In this document: positions 35,612-48,300 of the stretch, in pieces | How positions within the stretch are numbered: the first letter of the stretch is position 1 | Layout of the letters: every line of letters starts with the position of its first letter | NCBI GenBank assembly: GCA_030704615.1 | Contig: CM060732.1 | Coordinates: forward strand, 80,166,001 to 80,230,000 | Direction of reading: 5' to 3' | Length of the DNA stretch: 64,000 nt | Source: Takakia lepidozioides | Lineage: Eukaryota; Plantae; Bryophyta | Program-made: the position numbers and the translations under genes | The notes under the pieces: model-generated | What the model was told of the DNA's origin: nothing | Databases searched by the model: none | Seen by the model: only the letters and a program-made list of their open reading frames with translations

Positions 35612-38600
35612 TTATGCCCCATTGGGGACATAGCATCTCCTGGCAGATAACACAGCGGAAGGTTCACTAGGAAAACATCCTTCTTCCAATGCACTTGAAT
35701 GTAAGCTGATCCCTAGAATCTGCTTGATAGACTTTCTCTCTGAACAATGAGATGTGAGATTCTCCTTCAGATCAACATTGGTGGGTTGCATTTGCCTGCC
35801 AACTTCGTCTGAAGCAATGGCCCTGCCAGGCGACAAAGCTATATTGCTGAGAGAGTTTTCCTCCTGGGTCGAGTAATCTGACTCAGAAGTTTCCGTTTCT
35901 TCCTCCATGAATTCTTCTTCACTGTCGGTCTGGTCCTCTGCAGATTCCACATCATTATTTCCTCTCTCCCTTTGGGTCTCCCACCAGTCTAAGAATTTTC
36001 TCTTTCTTTTTGTCCAGGCGCAGATGCCACAGAAGGAAAGGTGCTCAAGGAAAAAGGTAGGCAGTCCGACTAAAAGTTACCCCGTGTAATATTGAGTAGA
36101 AAAGCCCAAACCTGTGCTGTACATTGTGCACTAAATATACAACCTCATAACTAGCATTGCTGGGGGGATTTTTATCTCTGAGGATGAATCTGTTGACTGT
36201 TCCTTGTGAACTTTTGCTATAAAGTACCTTTTGAAGGCCTAGATGTCACATTGAAGAAAGATATTTCTATGGTCCACGGGGGCCCAAAGGGCCTATGGGA
36301 CACAGTAGAGGGAGAGAAAAGGAACTGAAATAATAACATCTGCAGAAAACTCAAAGAGCTTATTGGACACAAGAAAGCAGGAAACAAGAAAGAGAGCGGG
36401 GCCCTCAACAAGCAGCCTAAAAACAACTATCGATTTTGTGTTACAAAAACCTATGGGACACAGTAGAGGGAGAGAAAAGGAACTGAAATAATAACATCTG
36501 CAGAAAACTCTAAGAGCTTATTGGACACAAGAAAGCAGGAAACAAGAAAGAGAGTGGGCCCTCAACAAGCAGCCCAGAAACAATTATCGATTTTGTGTTA
36601 CAAGAATCACATCAGTGGAGGCAAGCATTCGTCTCATCATCCTGCTTATGGAAGTGATTTCAAGTGTTGGCAAATTTCATCACATCCTACATTTCAAAAC
36701 CTAACACGCTGATCTGTAAAGGTTACATCCACAGTACTTTCTCAATATGATCTTTGCACCCATTGCAGCTTGGTGGTGAAAGTGGCTAATGCCTCATGCA
36801 GATATGCTGCCAAGCATTTCTGATCCTCTTATTGGAACACCTCTGTAAGGGTTTTTCTGTCTTAGAATAGGCATAAAAATCAGGTGTATCTTCCCTTCCC
36901 CAAATCTGTTCTCCCCAACCTCTGCTAAACTAAGACTCCTCCTAGGTTAGAAATTGTCCGGTATGTACCACCCAGACAATAGAGACAGTACCATTTCTTG
37001 GTCTCCTCTCCTTCATACTAGATATCCAAAGCAGATACTATGTCTCTTTAGAGACTCCCACTTTTTGGCAGAGGTCTTCAGCTTGGAGGACCAGAAGCGT
37101 CTGACAGCTTACCTGCATAAGACACTTGCCTTCGAGTGATGTTTTTGACCTACTTGTCTCATGGACCCAGTGAGCTTTATAAAGCTCCTTTCTTTTTTCT
37201 TTCTACCCCAATTCATCCTCTTTCTGCTCCATCCAAACTATGTGGGAGGTATGTTTACTGGGCTACGTAAGCAGTCTAATGATCTCTTGTCATCCCATTT
37301 CTCCCATGGCCCTCTAGTGTCCCCCATGACCATTATAATTTCTTCATTCGTTTGGTTTTCCTGAATTGAGAGAAAGACAATAGTTCACTGAGGAATTTTC
37401 CCTTTTGGCAGCTTACCTGCATCAGGCGTCTTTGGGTAACATATGGGTCTTCTGATGTGGTTTTCTTTGTGTTTAACTTTATACTATGGGTCCTCCTGGG
37501 CACCTACATTAGAAAGTTTTTTTGCATTCTCACAGAGGTCAAATAAGTCCTATCACACAATTGTAAACTGGCAGTGTGGCTCTATTCGCCAACAAGGCTA
37601 CATCAAGCACACATGATAACCTTATGTCTTCAGAACCAAGTTCCTGTACATGTGACACAGGATAGTGCAGATCGGATACTTGCCTCCATCTGATGGAAGC
37701 CCCAGCAGTTGGTCTATCTCCTCATCGGTCAATTCTTGACGTGCACTGCATCGCGCTCTATAAAGCCAAAGGACGCACGTTATACCACTCCTCAACCATC
37801 TTAAACTAAGGTGGGTAAACTATAGCTTGCATGAAGAGTGAGTTATTCACATCATCGAATTCTGTACGAGCAGAGTTGCTGTGCTATGGGTTCAGATTTT
37901 GCATATGTTGAGCTGATTGCAGTACAAGCTTGATCACAGCCTTGCTCTAGGTCATATAAACATATGACTGAGAGGACAAAATCAGATACCAATCTGAAAA
38001 GTTCATCACATATTTTCCTTTGTATTGCAAATGTAAAGAACTCTTCCCAAGAACATCCAAAAATAAATAGAAATTTAGGCTGACCTTTTAGAATCGGCAA
38101 CATTGTCAGAACATATCCACCTGGCAGGCACAAAGGTGTCACCAGGAAGTCTTCGCCAGCTCCCACACTCATCGCACTTCACCCATTGGTCCTCATCCCT
38201 GACAATTATGCCAAGATTGTTTGAAACAAGAAATATCTGACAACCAATATAAGTTCTGCTGCATATAGAAGAATGCAGCACTTCATCTTTGGGCAACATT
38301 CATGGTCTTTTGATGTGGGTTTCTTGTTGCTCTACTTTGTCTAAAGGCCCCTCAGGAGCCCATGTGCACATTATCATTTATTTCTTTCTCCCATTTGTTT
38401 CTGATTTTCTTGTCAAAAAGGAGGAACACCCCGGATCAGCCTTTATAACCCAAAACCCTCGATCATGACCCTGGAAACCCAAGAAAAGCCGGCTCTGGCA
38501 GGGCTACTGGGAAGGAAATACACCAAGTGCAATTGATCTCTCTCTACCTTCACCATGTGAACGAACTCTCGTATCCCCCGGTCTGCCCTATGGTGATGTG

Positions 38601-41600
38601 AATGGTTTCCTATAATTCTACCATGCAAAAACAAGAAAAGCAAGAAAAGCTAAATATCCACAGACACTCTTCTGAAGCATACCCTGATGGTTCATTGGTG
38701 AAGAAGGTTCTCTTGGTAAGAACAGGAGGCTCCTGCATGGATACAGCACAAATTAGTGTGCTCAATATCAAAGCCAATAATAGAACTGCCGAAATAAGCC
38801 ATCTCTCTTCTGCAGGACTCTTCCAATGTTCAGGTCAACATGGCCATGGCCAAAATGACCAAATCTGCTTGCAAACCAACTCCACGAATAAAAGGCTCGT
38901 CAAATGGTCACTACATGATACCTGAAACATGACGACAATATGTGAACAAGCTGGGAAAGTACATCCCAACATGGGTCTAGTTCTGTACCTTATATTCTTC
39001 GAACTCATGCCCCTCAATGGTGACAATCGTTGGAACAGCCCCAGGAGATGCCTGGAGCAGCTCCTGAGTCCCTTCCCACTCAACGTATTCCTCCATATTC
39101 ACTCGCAGCCTCTTACCTTTGGAGCCAAGAGAGCCAGAGATCCTATCTACATGCTGCAAGGCCTGTGGTATGGTGACATGTCTCCCTGCCACCTTTTTCT
39201 CTATAAGGGCTTCCCCCAGTGCCAAATGATCTATAACTTTTGTTCGGTGAGCAGGCAAGGAAGGAGAGTCAATCCTTCGCTTTTGCACTCTTTCTGCTTC
39301 AATACAGCCATACCCTGGATCTGTAACATCATCCTGAGCTGAGACCACTGGTTGGACATGAGAAGTGCCTTGCTTTGGCGCCAGTTTGTTGACTGCAGGC
39401 TTGTCATCAATGGTAGAATCTCTATCTTCTGCACTTATGGACAGTGACTCTTTGGGGTCTTCTGCCAACGTGACAGCTCTTGCGACTTTAACTTGCTGCA
39501 CACAAACACATAGTGACATTCTCTCAGAGTGCAGTCCACAACTAGGATATCTGTGCAAAGGTCTTTGGCATCTCAACATAGAGAGACCTGCAACAGCAAG
39601 CCAACTGAGGCTACTGTGACAGAGGAATGAGTGCTCATTATGAGGGATTGAGTCCTGAACCAGTCAATCCACTCAAATATCTACCTCTCCACATGTATAT
39701 CTTGATGACAACTAACCTGCTTACACTCATGCTTTTGTGTTAGCCTACACCAGTACCTTTCTATATCGGTATCTGTTTGTCACAGTGGCAAACATTGTCC
39801 CATACACAATCACAGTCTGGAACAACACACAGTCTCTAGTTGCGTGTGGAGATGACCAGATGAGCTGGTCTATCATGCAGGCAGATACCAGAGGCATAAC
39901 TAAGATAGGTTTTGGAGATCTCTGCACACACCTTTGCCTACAGAAAGATTGTTTGATGGGACTCTTGTGATTAACACAAGGGTCGGACTTCAAGTCCTAT
40001 GGTAAATTCCACATCTCTCGCGCGCCTTACAAGCTGACTTCTGAGTACATTACCCTAAAGTTGGCTTGCAGATCAGATCTTCTGCCCCTCAAACGAGCTG
40101 TCCTTAGCTATTTCCATGTCTCCCTCATTTCAACATGGTTCAGCAATTCAACCCCAAAAACAATTTTAAAGACATTTCGTTTTAATCATGAGCCATTGTT
40201 GTTTGGAAGAATATGTACGAGTGCCAAACCTTAGAAGCCACAGATGATTGTTTACGATACCCCATGATGAGTGTCCCTTCTGGTTCTAACCTGCTGAAAT
40301 AGACTGCACCACCATGTAGACAAATCTGTCAGAGATTATAAGCCACACTAAAGATGTGCCACATCTGGCTTCAGCACCAATATCTTTTGTTAATCACAAT
40401 GTCATTGATTAATCCTCAGGCCGTCACGAAACAGGCCCACACGAAATTGACCCCACTCCTTCAGCTGTACAAGGGGAGGGGTTTCATAATGAAGTCCTAC
40501 TGGGAACCATTGGATAGCCAAATAACTCACCACCATTCAAGATACACGGCCACTATGAATGTGAAAGGGAGGCCTAGCCATTATTGACCTAAAAATCAAC
40601 TCTGCCTAGACAATTATTGGTGGTAAATCATAGGTACTCATGAAACCAAGCTCGGCAACGCTACAATGAATAGTTAGTACCTTTAGATATGGAAGTGGTG
40701 AAGAAGAATAAACTTAATAGGACACAGTAGACAAAGAAGACAAAACACCAAGAAATGAGGGAACTTGACTGTGTGCACAGAGACCATGAGATCAAGCCAT
40801 AGGAAAGAAAAGCTATAGAAGACTACCAACTGAAACACAGCAGAGACAGACCTGTATCACCACCTCGGAGGTTGGATGATTGCACATAGGGGTAGAATTT
40901 TTTGAAGTAATAGATACGGCTTTCCTTGCTGTGCCAGAAACAGAATTCGAAGGACCACTCCTTTCCGAACTGGTCAACAAACTTCATCCACACTCCCCCA
41001 GGCTTTGAGAGGGGAGGAAAATGCTCCTGCAATTACACAAAACATCACAAATAAAAATGTAGTATACTGGACTGGAGCGCGAAGAGAGTGGATGGCTACC
41101 TTATCTGGCAAGGTCTAAGCGGCGACCTAGAGACTATGGTGGTTAGAACAAAGTAAGAGGATGGAAACTTCATAAGAGGAAGAGGAAGAGGAAGGACAAA
41201 CGGCAAAGCGCATACCTCAACCTTTCGCTTAGGGAGAACAAAGTGCCCGGTGCTGCGACAGTCAGTCACACTTGCCACCTTCTCGAAGAGATGTGTCATG
41301 GTTGACCCATTGCTGAGAGGTTTGTCAAGGACAGTGGAACAATCTGGAAATAGGCATATAGCTCCCTGTATGACATTTCAAGGCGACAAGAACAGGCAGC
41401 ATCTTCCTAACATGCTTTCTCATCATGAAACGCAGTCAAACAACGAGTCACATGATTTTCTAATGGCTGGATACCACTGACTTGTGAATCGTAGAGGGTC
41501 CAACTTGGTGATGTGAGGATCATTTATGGACATTGAACGTGGCACAGCTTGACCAGCCCTCCCTTTTGCAGGTGGAAGCTCTGATTGATAAGGCCAGTGC

Positions 41601-42560
41601 AAGGATATCAATGAGCACTTTATAAAATTGGTAAAATAAACAAACAGGAAAGGAGATCTGCCTTGCGCCTACAAAGGCCAACATCGTTACAAGTGAATGC
41701 TCACACCTTACAGTTCAACTGGGCCATGCTTGGCCCAAATGCAAGGGCTACTGGTCTATGATGCTGGGCTGATATAGACAGAGCAACCTAAGCAGAAATC
41801 TTAAGAACCTAGGACCCTCAGATAAATGTCATTTTAACGAATTGAGACAAGATGAAATGCAGTAAAGCCACTACTTTGACATCACTATTTCTTGTTCAAC
41901 TTACCAACTGAAGGTTCTTTTGCACTTGACTCCCTCTCAATCTGGTGGCTAAATTTCCGAGTGCAGCTTGCTCTTACTTTGTGCTTCCCGGTCCCGCCTG
42001 GATTTTCCAAGATGGATCCAATCAACGAGTTTCTGTGGCCGGTACTATGAATACAATCAACAATACAACATTGACCTATTTCGGGGGGAACATCTGGTCC
42101 CTGATTGTGATGGGGAAACGATATAATCCTCACAATTAGCCAGAAAGTAAGCTGGTACTGGACAACAGGAGCCTCATTGTACAGCCCTTCCATGTCTCTC
42201 TGCTTCCCTCAAGGCTAAATGACAAGGTTAGATCATTACCTGGCACTTGCCCAGGTTGTTGGGAAAGTTCCCCACTCTCTACAGAGGATTGCGATACTAC
42301 GGAGACTGTCATAACCGCAGCACTAAAAACTACTCCCCACAACTACTCCCTTGTAAGTCACCGGCTCCCTTCACAGTTGCCTGCGTACTTCCATGAAGTG
42401 CCACATTACAGAAAACTCCTTGATTTGCAGTTGATTTTCGATTGCTTATGGCTTGAGCATGGCTGGCATCGCCTCTGAGCATCCGATCTTGACTTCTGGT
42501 CAGCCCTGGGTGCTCTATCCTGGAATTCTTTCGAAGCTGAAGCTGTGTTTGCTTCTGTGG
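35612..42560 (-). CDS. VAL/HSI2-like B3-domain transcription factor with a CW-type zinc finger (multi-exon; 5' end uncertain)
   Basis: B3 split across exons: HLFEKVASVTD..FVLPKRKVE|EHFPPLSKPGG..DQFGKEWSFEFCFWHSKESRIY..LRGGDT. VAL-type linker WEGTQELLQ..PTIVTIEGHEFEEYK|EPPVLTKRTFF. CW finger DQWVKCDECGSWRRLP..WICSDN|..CSARQEL. Last exon ends at 35612. Confidence 0.8.
36292..36605. repeat. Tandem duplication of ~158 bp in an intron
   Basis: CCTATGGGACACAGTAGAGGGAGAGAAAAGGAACTGAAATAATAACATCTGCAG starts at 36292 and at 36450. Confidence 0.9.
36960..37140 (+). mobile_element. Degenerate LINE 3' fragment in an intron
   Basis: HFLVSSPSY-like segment followed by LFRDSHFLAEVFSLEDQKRLTAYL, resembling a LINE ORF2 tail. 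Confidence 0.4.
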
Positions 42561-43666
42561 TAGTGAAAAGAAAATATAAGTACCTTTATATAAGGGTTGA
42601 GGATCTACATGTCACTGTCTAGTTCTCTTTCTTCATTGTATTACCCACATTACATGCCACAAACGAGCAGCAATTATAAGAGCAGACAGTGTATACACCT
42701 AGCCGATGTGCTGTAGAACATGAGTAGGAAATCTTCCAAACAAAAATTAGATTTTCCTTTCTAGAATCAACAGAATCATCCCTTTAATACAATTCCCAAA
42801 CAGACTTGAGAAGGTAGAACTTCTAGACAGATGAAGATTCTCTTTAGATGTACTGATCTTTTTTAGTGACTTAAATTGAGGCATTATCACAGGCTCCGTG
42901 GGTTGATCTGTAATGTAAGTTTATATTCACTCTAGATATAGTGCTAGTGAAGTTTCACTAGAACCAAAGAGGTTGCTACTGTCCATCTTCGAGCAGTTCA
43001 AATGGGGTTTCATGTGCAATCATCAGGTATTGCTGGACACTAGAAGTGGGCCTTCTTCTCTCTGCAACAGCAAAATGTCTGGCCAGTGTCACTCGCAAGA
43101 AACGTCATAAAAGTATTGGCATTCGTAAATCGGATCTGGATAATCGAACTTCTGGTGATTCTCTTTCAGTATTTAGAGATCTCCCAAAATGCCTACATTG
43201 AAACCAGCCCTATAAGCATCGATTGTCCTTCCGATACGACACTTGTAACATCGACCACATTACCAGGAATGGCTTCTCCATCTGTTTAATAATTCTCGCA
43301 AGATTTGACAGTCTCAAAAGATCCTAAGATACATTGTAGACCGTCTCAACAAACTGACAGCGTTCTGTATGTTTGATGAGGAGGAGGGAAAGAAAGACCA
43401 TAACGAACAAGAAGACTCTTTGTTGCTGAAGGTACACAACATCCACCAGATGAACAAGACACAGCGACTTCATACATAATACAAAAGCACATGTACATGC
43501 AAGAATTTGATACATACTCAATGTAGTCCGAGGAGTTGTCCCAAAGCTATCCAACTCCAGATTGCTTAGTCAATTATCCCCGGTTTACCATAGAGCAGGT
43601 ACAGAGAACAAACGCTAGGTGCAATGCATGTGGCTAGAGGCATATATGTGTGAGAGAGACGGGACT

Positions 43667-43668
<2 letters not shown>

Positions 43669-43749
<81 letters not shown>

Positions 43750-43765
43750 GAGAGAGAGAGGGAGA
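43669..43765. repeat. Compound (GA)n(GT)n(GA)n microsatellite
   Basis: Seen directly. Confidence 0.95.
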
Positions 43766-45357
43766 GTGAATAACAAAGAAAGACCGATTAACGCGAAAAG
43801 AACAATGACAGACTAGTAGACTAGGTACTTGGTAAATGTGGTTATGGTCGAGGATCAAAATCACCTTTGTTTCTACTGAAAAGAGGAGGGAAAGAGCCCG
43901 GTGAAGTTCAAGGCTCGTGGTGCTGAGACGACCAAAAGTACAACCACAGAAAGCACGTTGAGGGGGAGCAAGAACTAAGAAGAACTAGGAGAGGTAGATA
44001 TGGCTAGACACAAGAATGATCACTGATTGTAATAGAAGAGAGGACTGAAGGGACGGAGACAACTTCGAAACTGCGACACATTTGGCGGTCATTACTTAGC
44101 TAGAAACAATTTACGCTAATTGTGCCTAAAAGAGTAAGAGAGGAGAAAGAGAATAGGGAGAAAGTGGAAAACTAGGTGAAAGAAGCAAAGCTGAATGAAA
44201 GAGCATCAACACACGACACTCACTAACACCAGCAAAGAACTATAAACTCAAACACCATCGCTGATCATAGATCGCCGGGAGGTAAGCCACAGCACGAGAG
44301 ACGCCAGCGATGTGCGAGTGCAAAAGAGTGACGAAAGAAGGACAAGTGTGAAGGGCTCGGGAGGGCCAACGGGGGATTCTCCGGGGCACCGAGAAATTCC
44401 CGCGCTCCACCGGCGACCGGCTACGGGCCCGGCCACATTCTGTTATCTGCGCGGCTCGAGCCCTGCAAGGTTTTCCGCTGCCACCGGCACCGGCGTCACG
44501 GGTCACCCTTGCCAACAGCGATGTTGTCTACATGGATGGAAATTGCAGATATGGATGGCGAATGGATGAACAACCGGTTCCGGCGCCCGGCAGTCTGGGG
44601 GGTGCGGGCCCAGGGCAAAGAAACCTTGGAGCTAGGTATCCTTGCTCCTTTCGCACGTGTTAGAAAAGCCTCGGTCGCTAGGCCCGGCCCGGGCCCACGC
44701 ACCGGGCTCGCTTAGGTTTTAATAATAGCAACGTTTACTTGTTTTCTGTATTTCGGTGTTGAGCAAGGCAATTAACCCTAAAATAGGTCTTCATCCAGCC
44801 CACAAGCTGGACAAATGATACATGTAACCTATCTCTGGATAGAGCAGGATGATTTATGATTTTATTCATCCGCCCTGGAAGCCTAGATTGAAGCGCAGGA
44901 AGAGGGTCCGAGAAGAACGTAGAGACGTAGAGACTCTTGAGATATCGGAAAGAGGAAGGGAGAGCCTCCTTGTCTGTGTGCATGTACAGCTTCAATTGTT
45001 AGAGCTTTCATTGTGGCAGTTTCGACTGGAAAGAACCATGATGTTGTTGACCAATGCTCTGTTCCGTTCTGATGCATCTCACGGCTCAGCCTATTTGGTG
45101 GTCTGCTTCTCAGTGTGCCATCCTAGTCTGCATAGCTAAATCTCTTCTGTAGAGGAACTAAGAAGTCGCATCAGATCAAGAGAAAGAAGTGCAATTTGCA
45201 AATAATTATTTGAAGTTAGGGGTCAAAGCTATCGTGTATGACAAATTGCGAGTTTTTCCTCGCCGAAATCTGTTTGTTGCACAATTTTTACATTTTATGA
45301 AGAGCAGGTTATCATTGTGTAGAAAGGAGGGATAGATTGAGGAACACACAGGAGGAA

Positions 45358-48300
45358 ATGCCGTCGGCTGGGGCAGATGGAGGTGTGGAGAAAGGGGTGT
45401 ACGAGGTATTGGGAGAGAGAGCAGTGGACGTGGATCCGACTATTCTGGACTATATTGTCAATGTGCTGAAGGATGAAACATTCGATTTCGGATGGAAAGG
45501 AGAGGGGGCTTTTGAAGCTGTTGGCCCCCTTCTTGTTGACTCGGACTGTGTGAGGGACGAGGATGAAGCCCGAAAGGTGAGGAAACTCTACCTCTTCCCT
45601 TGTGTGAGATTGTCTGCCTTTTTCTTTTCATTAAAAGAAAATCACTTGAGGATAAAGTTTTTCCCGTGCACTCCTCTTACTATTCTTCATGCTCTGGCCT
45701 CAGAGAATGTGGTATGTATAGCTTTACAACCAAGAAAAGCAGAGGTCGCCCTCTATTTCTGGGCCCGCTGCAACGAGCATGTTGGCTGGTGGCTTGTTCT
45801 GACTCACGATCAGCCAGAGAAATTCCACTCTAGGGCTGTAAGAAGGGCTATAAGAAGGGCTTTGCTCTTGGGGTTGCAATAGCCACGGGAAACCTAACCG
45901 AAGGGCCCTTTTAAGAACTCACGTAATATCTTTCTTGGAAACATGATCTATTCTGGAATGATCACTACCACATAATTCTAGCTGTACTTCTTACGAATCT
46001 AATTTCAAAGGTCAACGATTTAGGAGTTGCATGGGCATGTCAACCTCTATGCCGGTTACCGGGACTTTTAAACTTTGAAAGGCCTGCATGTGGCCTACGA
46101 AGAAACTGCTTCAGAGGCATAGATTGCCTCTCTGTATCTCATTGGCAATGTGATGGTATAGTTCAGCACTCAGTCCCTTGCAAATGAAATTCCCCCTCAG
46201 GAAATCACTTCGTCCTGAAGCATCCATCATGCCAGCAAATGACATATGCGGGACTGACATCCGTGCTATTGATTGTATATTTCACACACTCAACAGACAC
46301 AGTTTTCTTGTACCTTTCTTTGTTTGCATGGAACACAGTTTTAGATGGAGCTATTAGCAATCATAATGGTAGGTAGCTTTCTCTGTTTGGCATTGGCTAA
46401 GCTGGAGTTAGTTTACAGGTGATTTTGCTACCAACTAAGCCTTGTGCCCCGATTTGCACCACAAGACAAACTTTCTTCAGTACAGCTTGGTCTATAGGGA
46501 TTGAAGTATTCCTAGGGTATTTCATCCAGTGATTGGTAATTCTCATGGGGGTGCTCCAATACAACATTGCTGCAGTTCTTCATTGAGATGCTGTGAATCA
46601 AGCATGGGCTTTTGAGGGTGTGGCTTGTATGGCAGGTATGTGCAAAGCTTGCAGAAAGATATGGTGCTAGAGGAGGGGACAAAACACAAGAGGGCTTCCG
46701 GAAGATGGCCACACCAGTTCGAATGTCAGATGGATTGCCTCAAGGTGAAATTGCTAGCAAGCCAGAGGAGACACAAGCTCCCCCACAAATCTCAGAGCGG
46801 GATCTCGCTAAGATTGAGCGTCGCAAGAGGAAAGAAGAACGTCAAAGACTGGTATATTTTTCAATTGTTGCTCAAGCCCTCTAGCTGATAATCATATGCG
46901 ACAGGTTGCACTGCCAGACACACACTTCAGGAAAAAGGGTATTGGCCTCAACAACCTTAAAGTTTCTGTAATCAACCTCCTAGTTTCTTGTATGACGTCA
47001 ATGTGGGGCATAACTCAAAACTCACCCATAGCAGGATTTTCGTCTCCTGGGTGCAAGCAGTGTGGCAGTTTAGTTCCGTAGACCATGTGTAGAAATTCCT
47101 CACAACCTGTTTGGGAGGTTTTCTGTTGCCTGGGACAATGTTATTAATTTTAGATGACAGCCACACATTCTGGAAACAATTATAGGACTAAATACCATAG
47201 GGCAGGAAGAAAAAACTTGATCTTCCATCTTCAACCAGTGCATAGTAGGAGCTGGGAAAATCAGTAAGTTCTGGCCAAGCTGACAAAGCAATCAGTCTCT
47301 AATTATGTTCACCTTTTTGGCCAACCTGTTTCCATGGTTGAGCAGGCCGAGTACGAGGCCCACCTAGCAGCAGCACAGGCAGCTAATGAGGGCATGCCAG
47401 TTGTCATGGTGAACCATGGGGGCATGGGAGAGGGAAGTGTCCCAAAGGACATACGAATGGAAAATTTCAGCGTTTCAATGGGGGGCCGCGAGCTCATCAA
47501 TGAGGCAACAGTCACTCTATCTTATGGAAGGCGCTATGGTGGGTATGCTAAGATTCCAGTTAAAGTTCCTGGATTGACAAGAATAAATGTGGGGTGGTTC
47601 AATGTTAGGAGGGATCATTCTACTCCTTGCTACTTCTTTCTCGCATCATCAGGATGTGCGATTCTGTGTTCTTTCATCCTGTGTATGGATTCAATTCACT
47701 TCAGTGATCATACAGTTTGTCTTCTCACATTCAGTGTTGAAATCTCATCTGAGCTTCAAGGAGTAAGAATATCTCCTTCAGGGATTTTCCGGCTAAAAGT
47801 ATCTGCCACCTCCTATTTAAGCATCCAGTGTACACCTGTGACTACAAGTTTGGTCGCATCATGATTAGTCATAGAATTGTCTGATTCCAAACAGTGATGA
47901 CTCCCGAACCCTCTGTATATGTATTGTATCACGTAATCAGAGCTCCGTGGTATGAATACCAGCACCTCTGATCTTAGATGTCTGTACTTAGTCATTTGCA
48001 TCTTTGGGGGTGCAGGTTTGGTGGGGAGGAATGGAACAGGGAAGACCACATTTTTGAAACACATGGCTATGCATGCAATCGATGGCATCCCTCGCAACTG
48101 CCAAATTTTGCATGTGGAGCAAGAGGTGGTGGGTGATGATACAACAGTGCTTCAATGTCTCCTGAGCTCTGACATCGAGCGTACCCAGCTTCTGGAGGAG
48201 GAGGCTCTTTTGGCCTCACAGGTCTACCTTACTCCCCGCTTTCTCTAATGCGTTACCCGACGGCCCAAATTAAAACAGTGGTACTAGTTTGATTCAGCTC

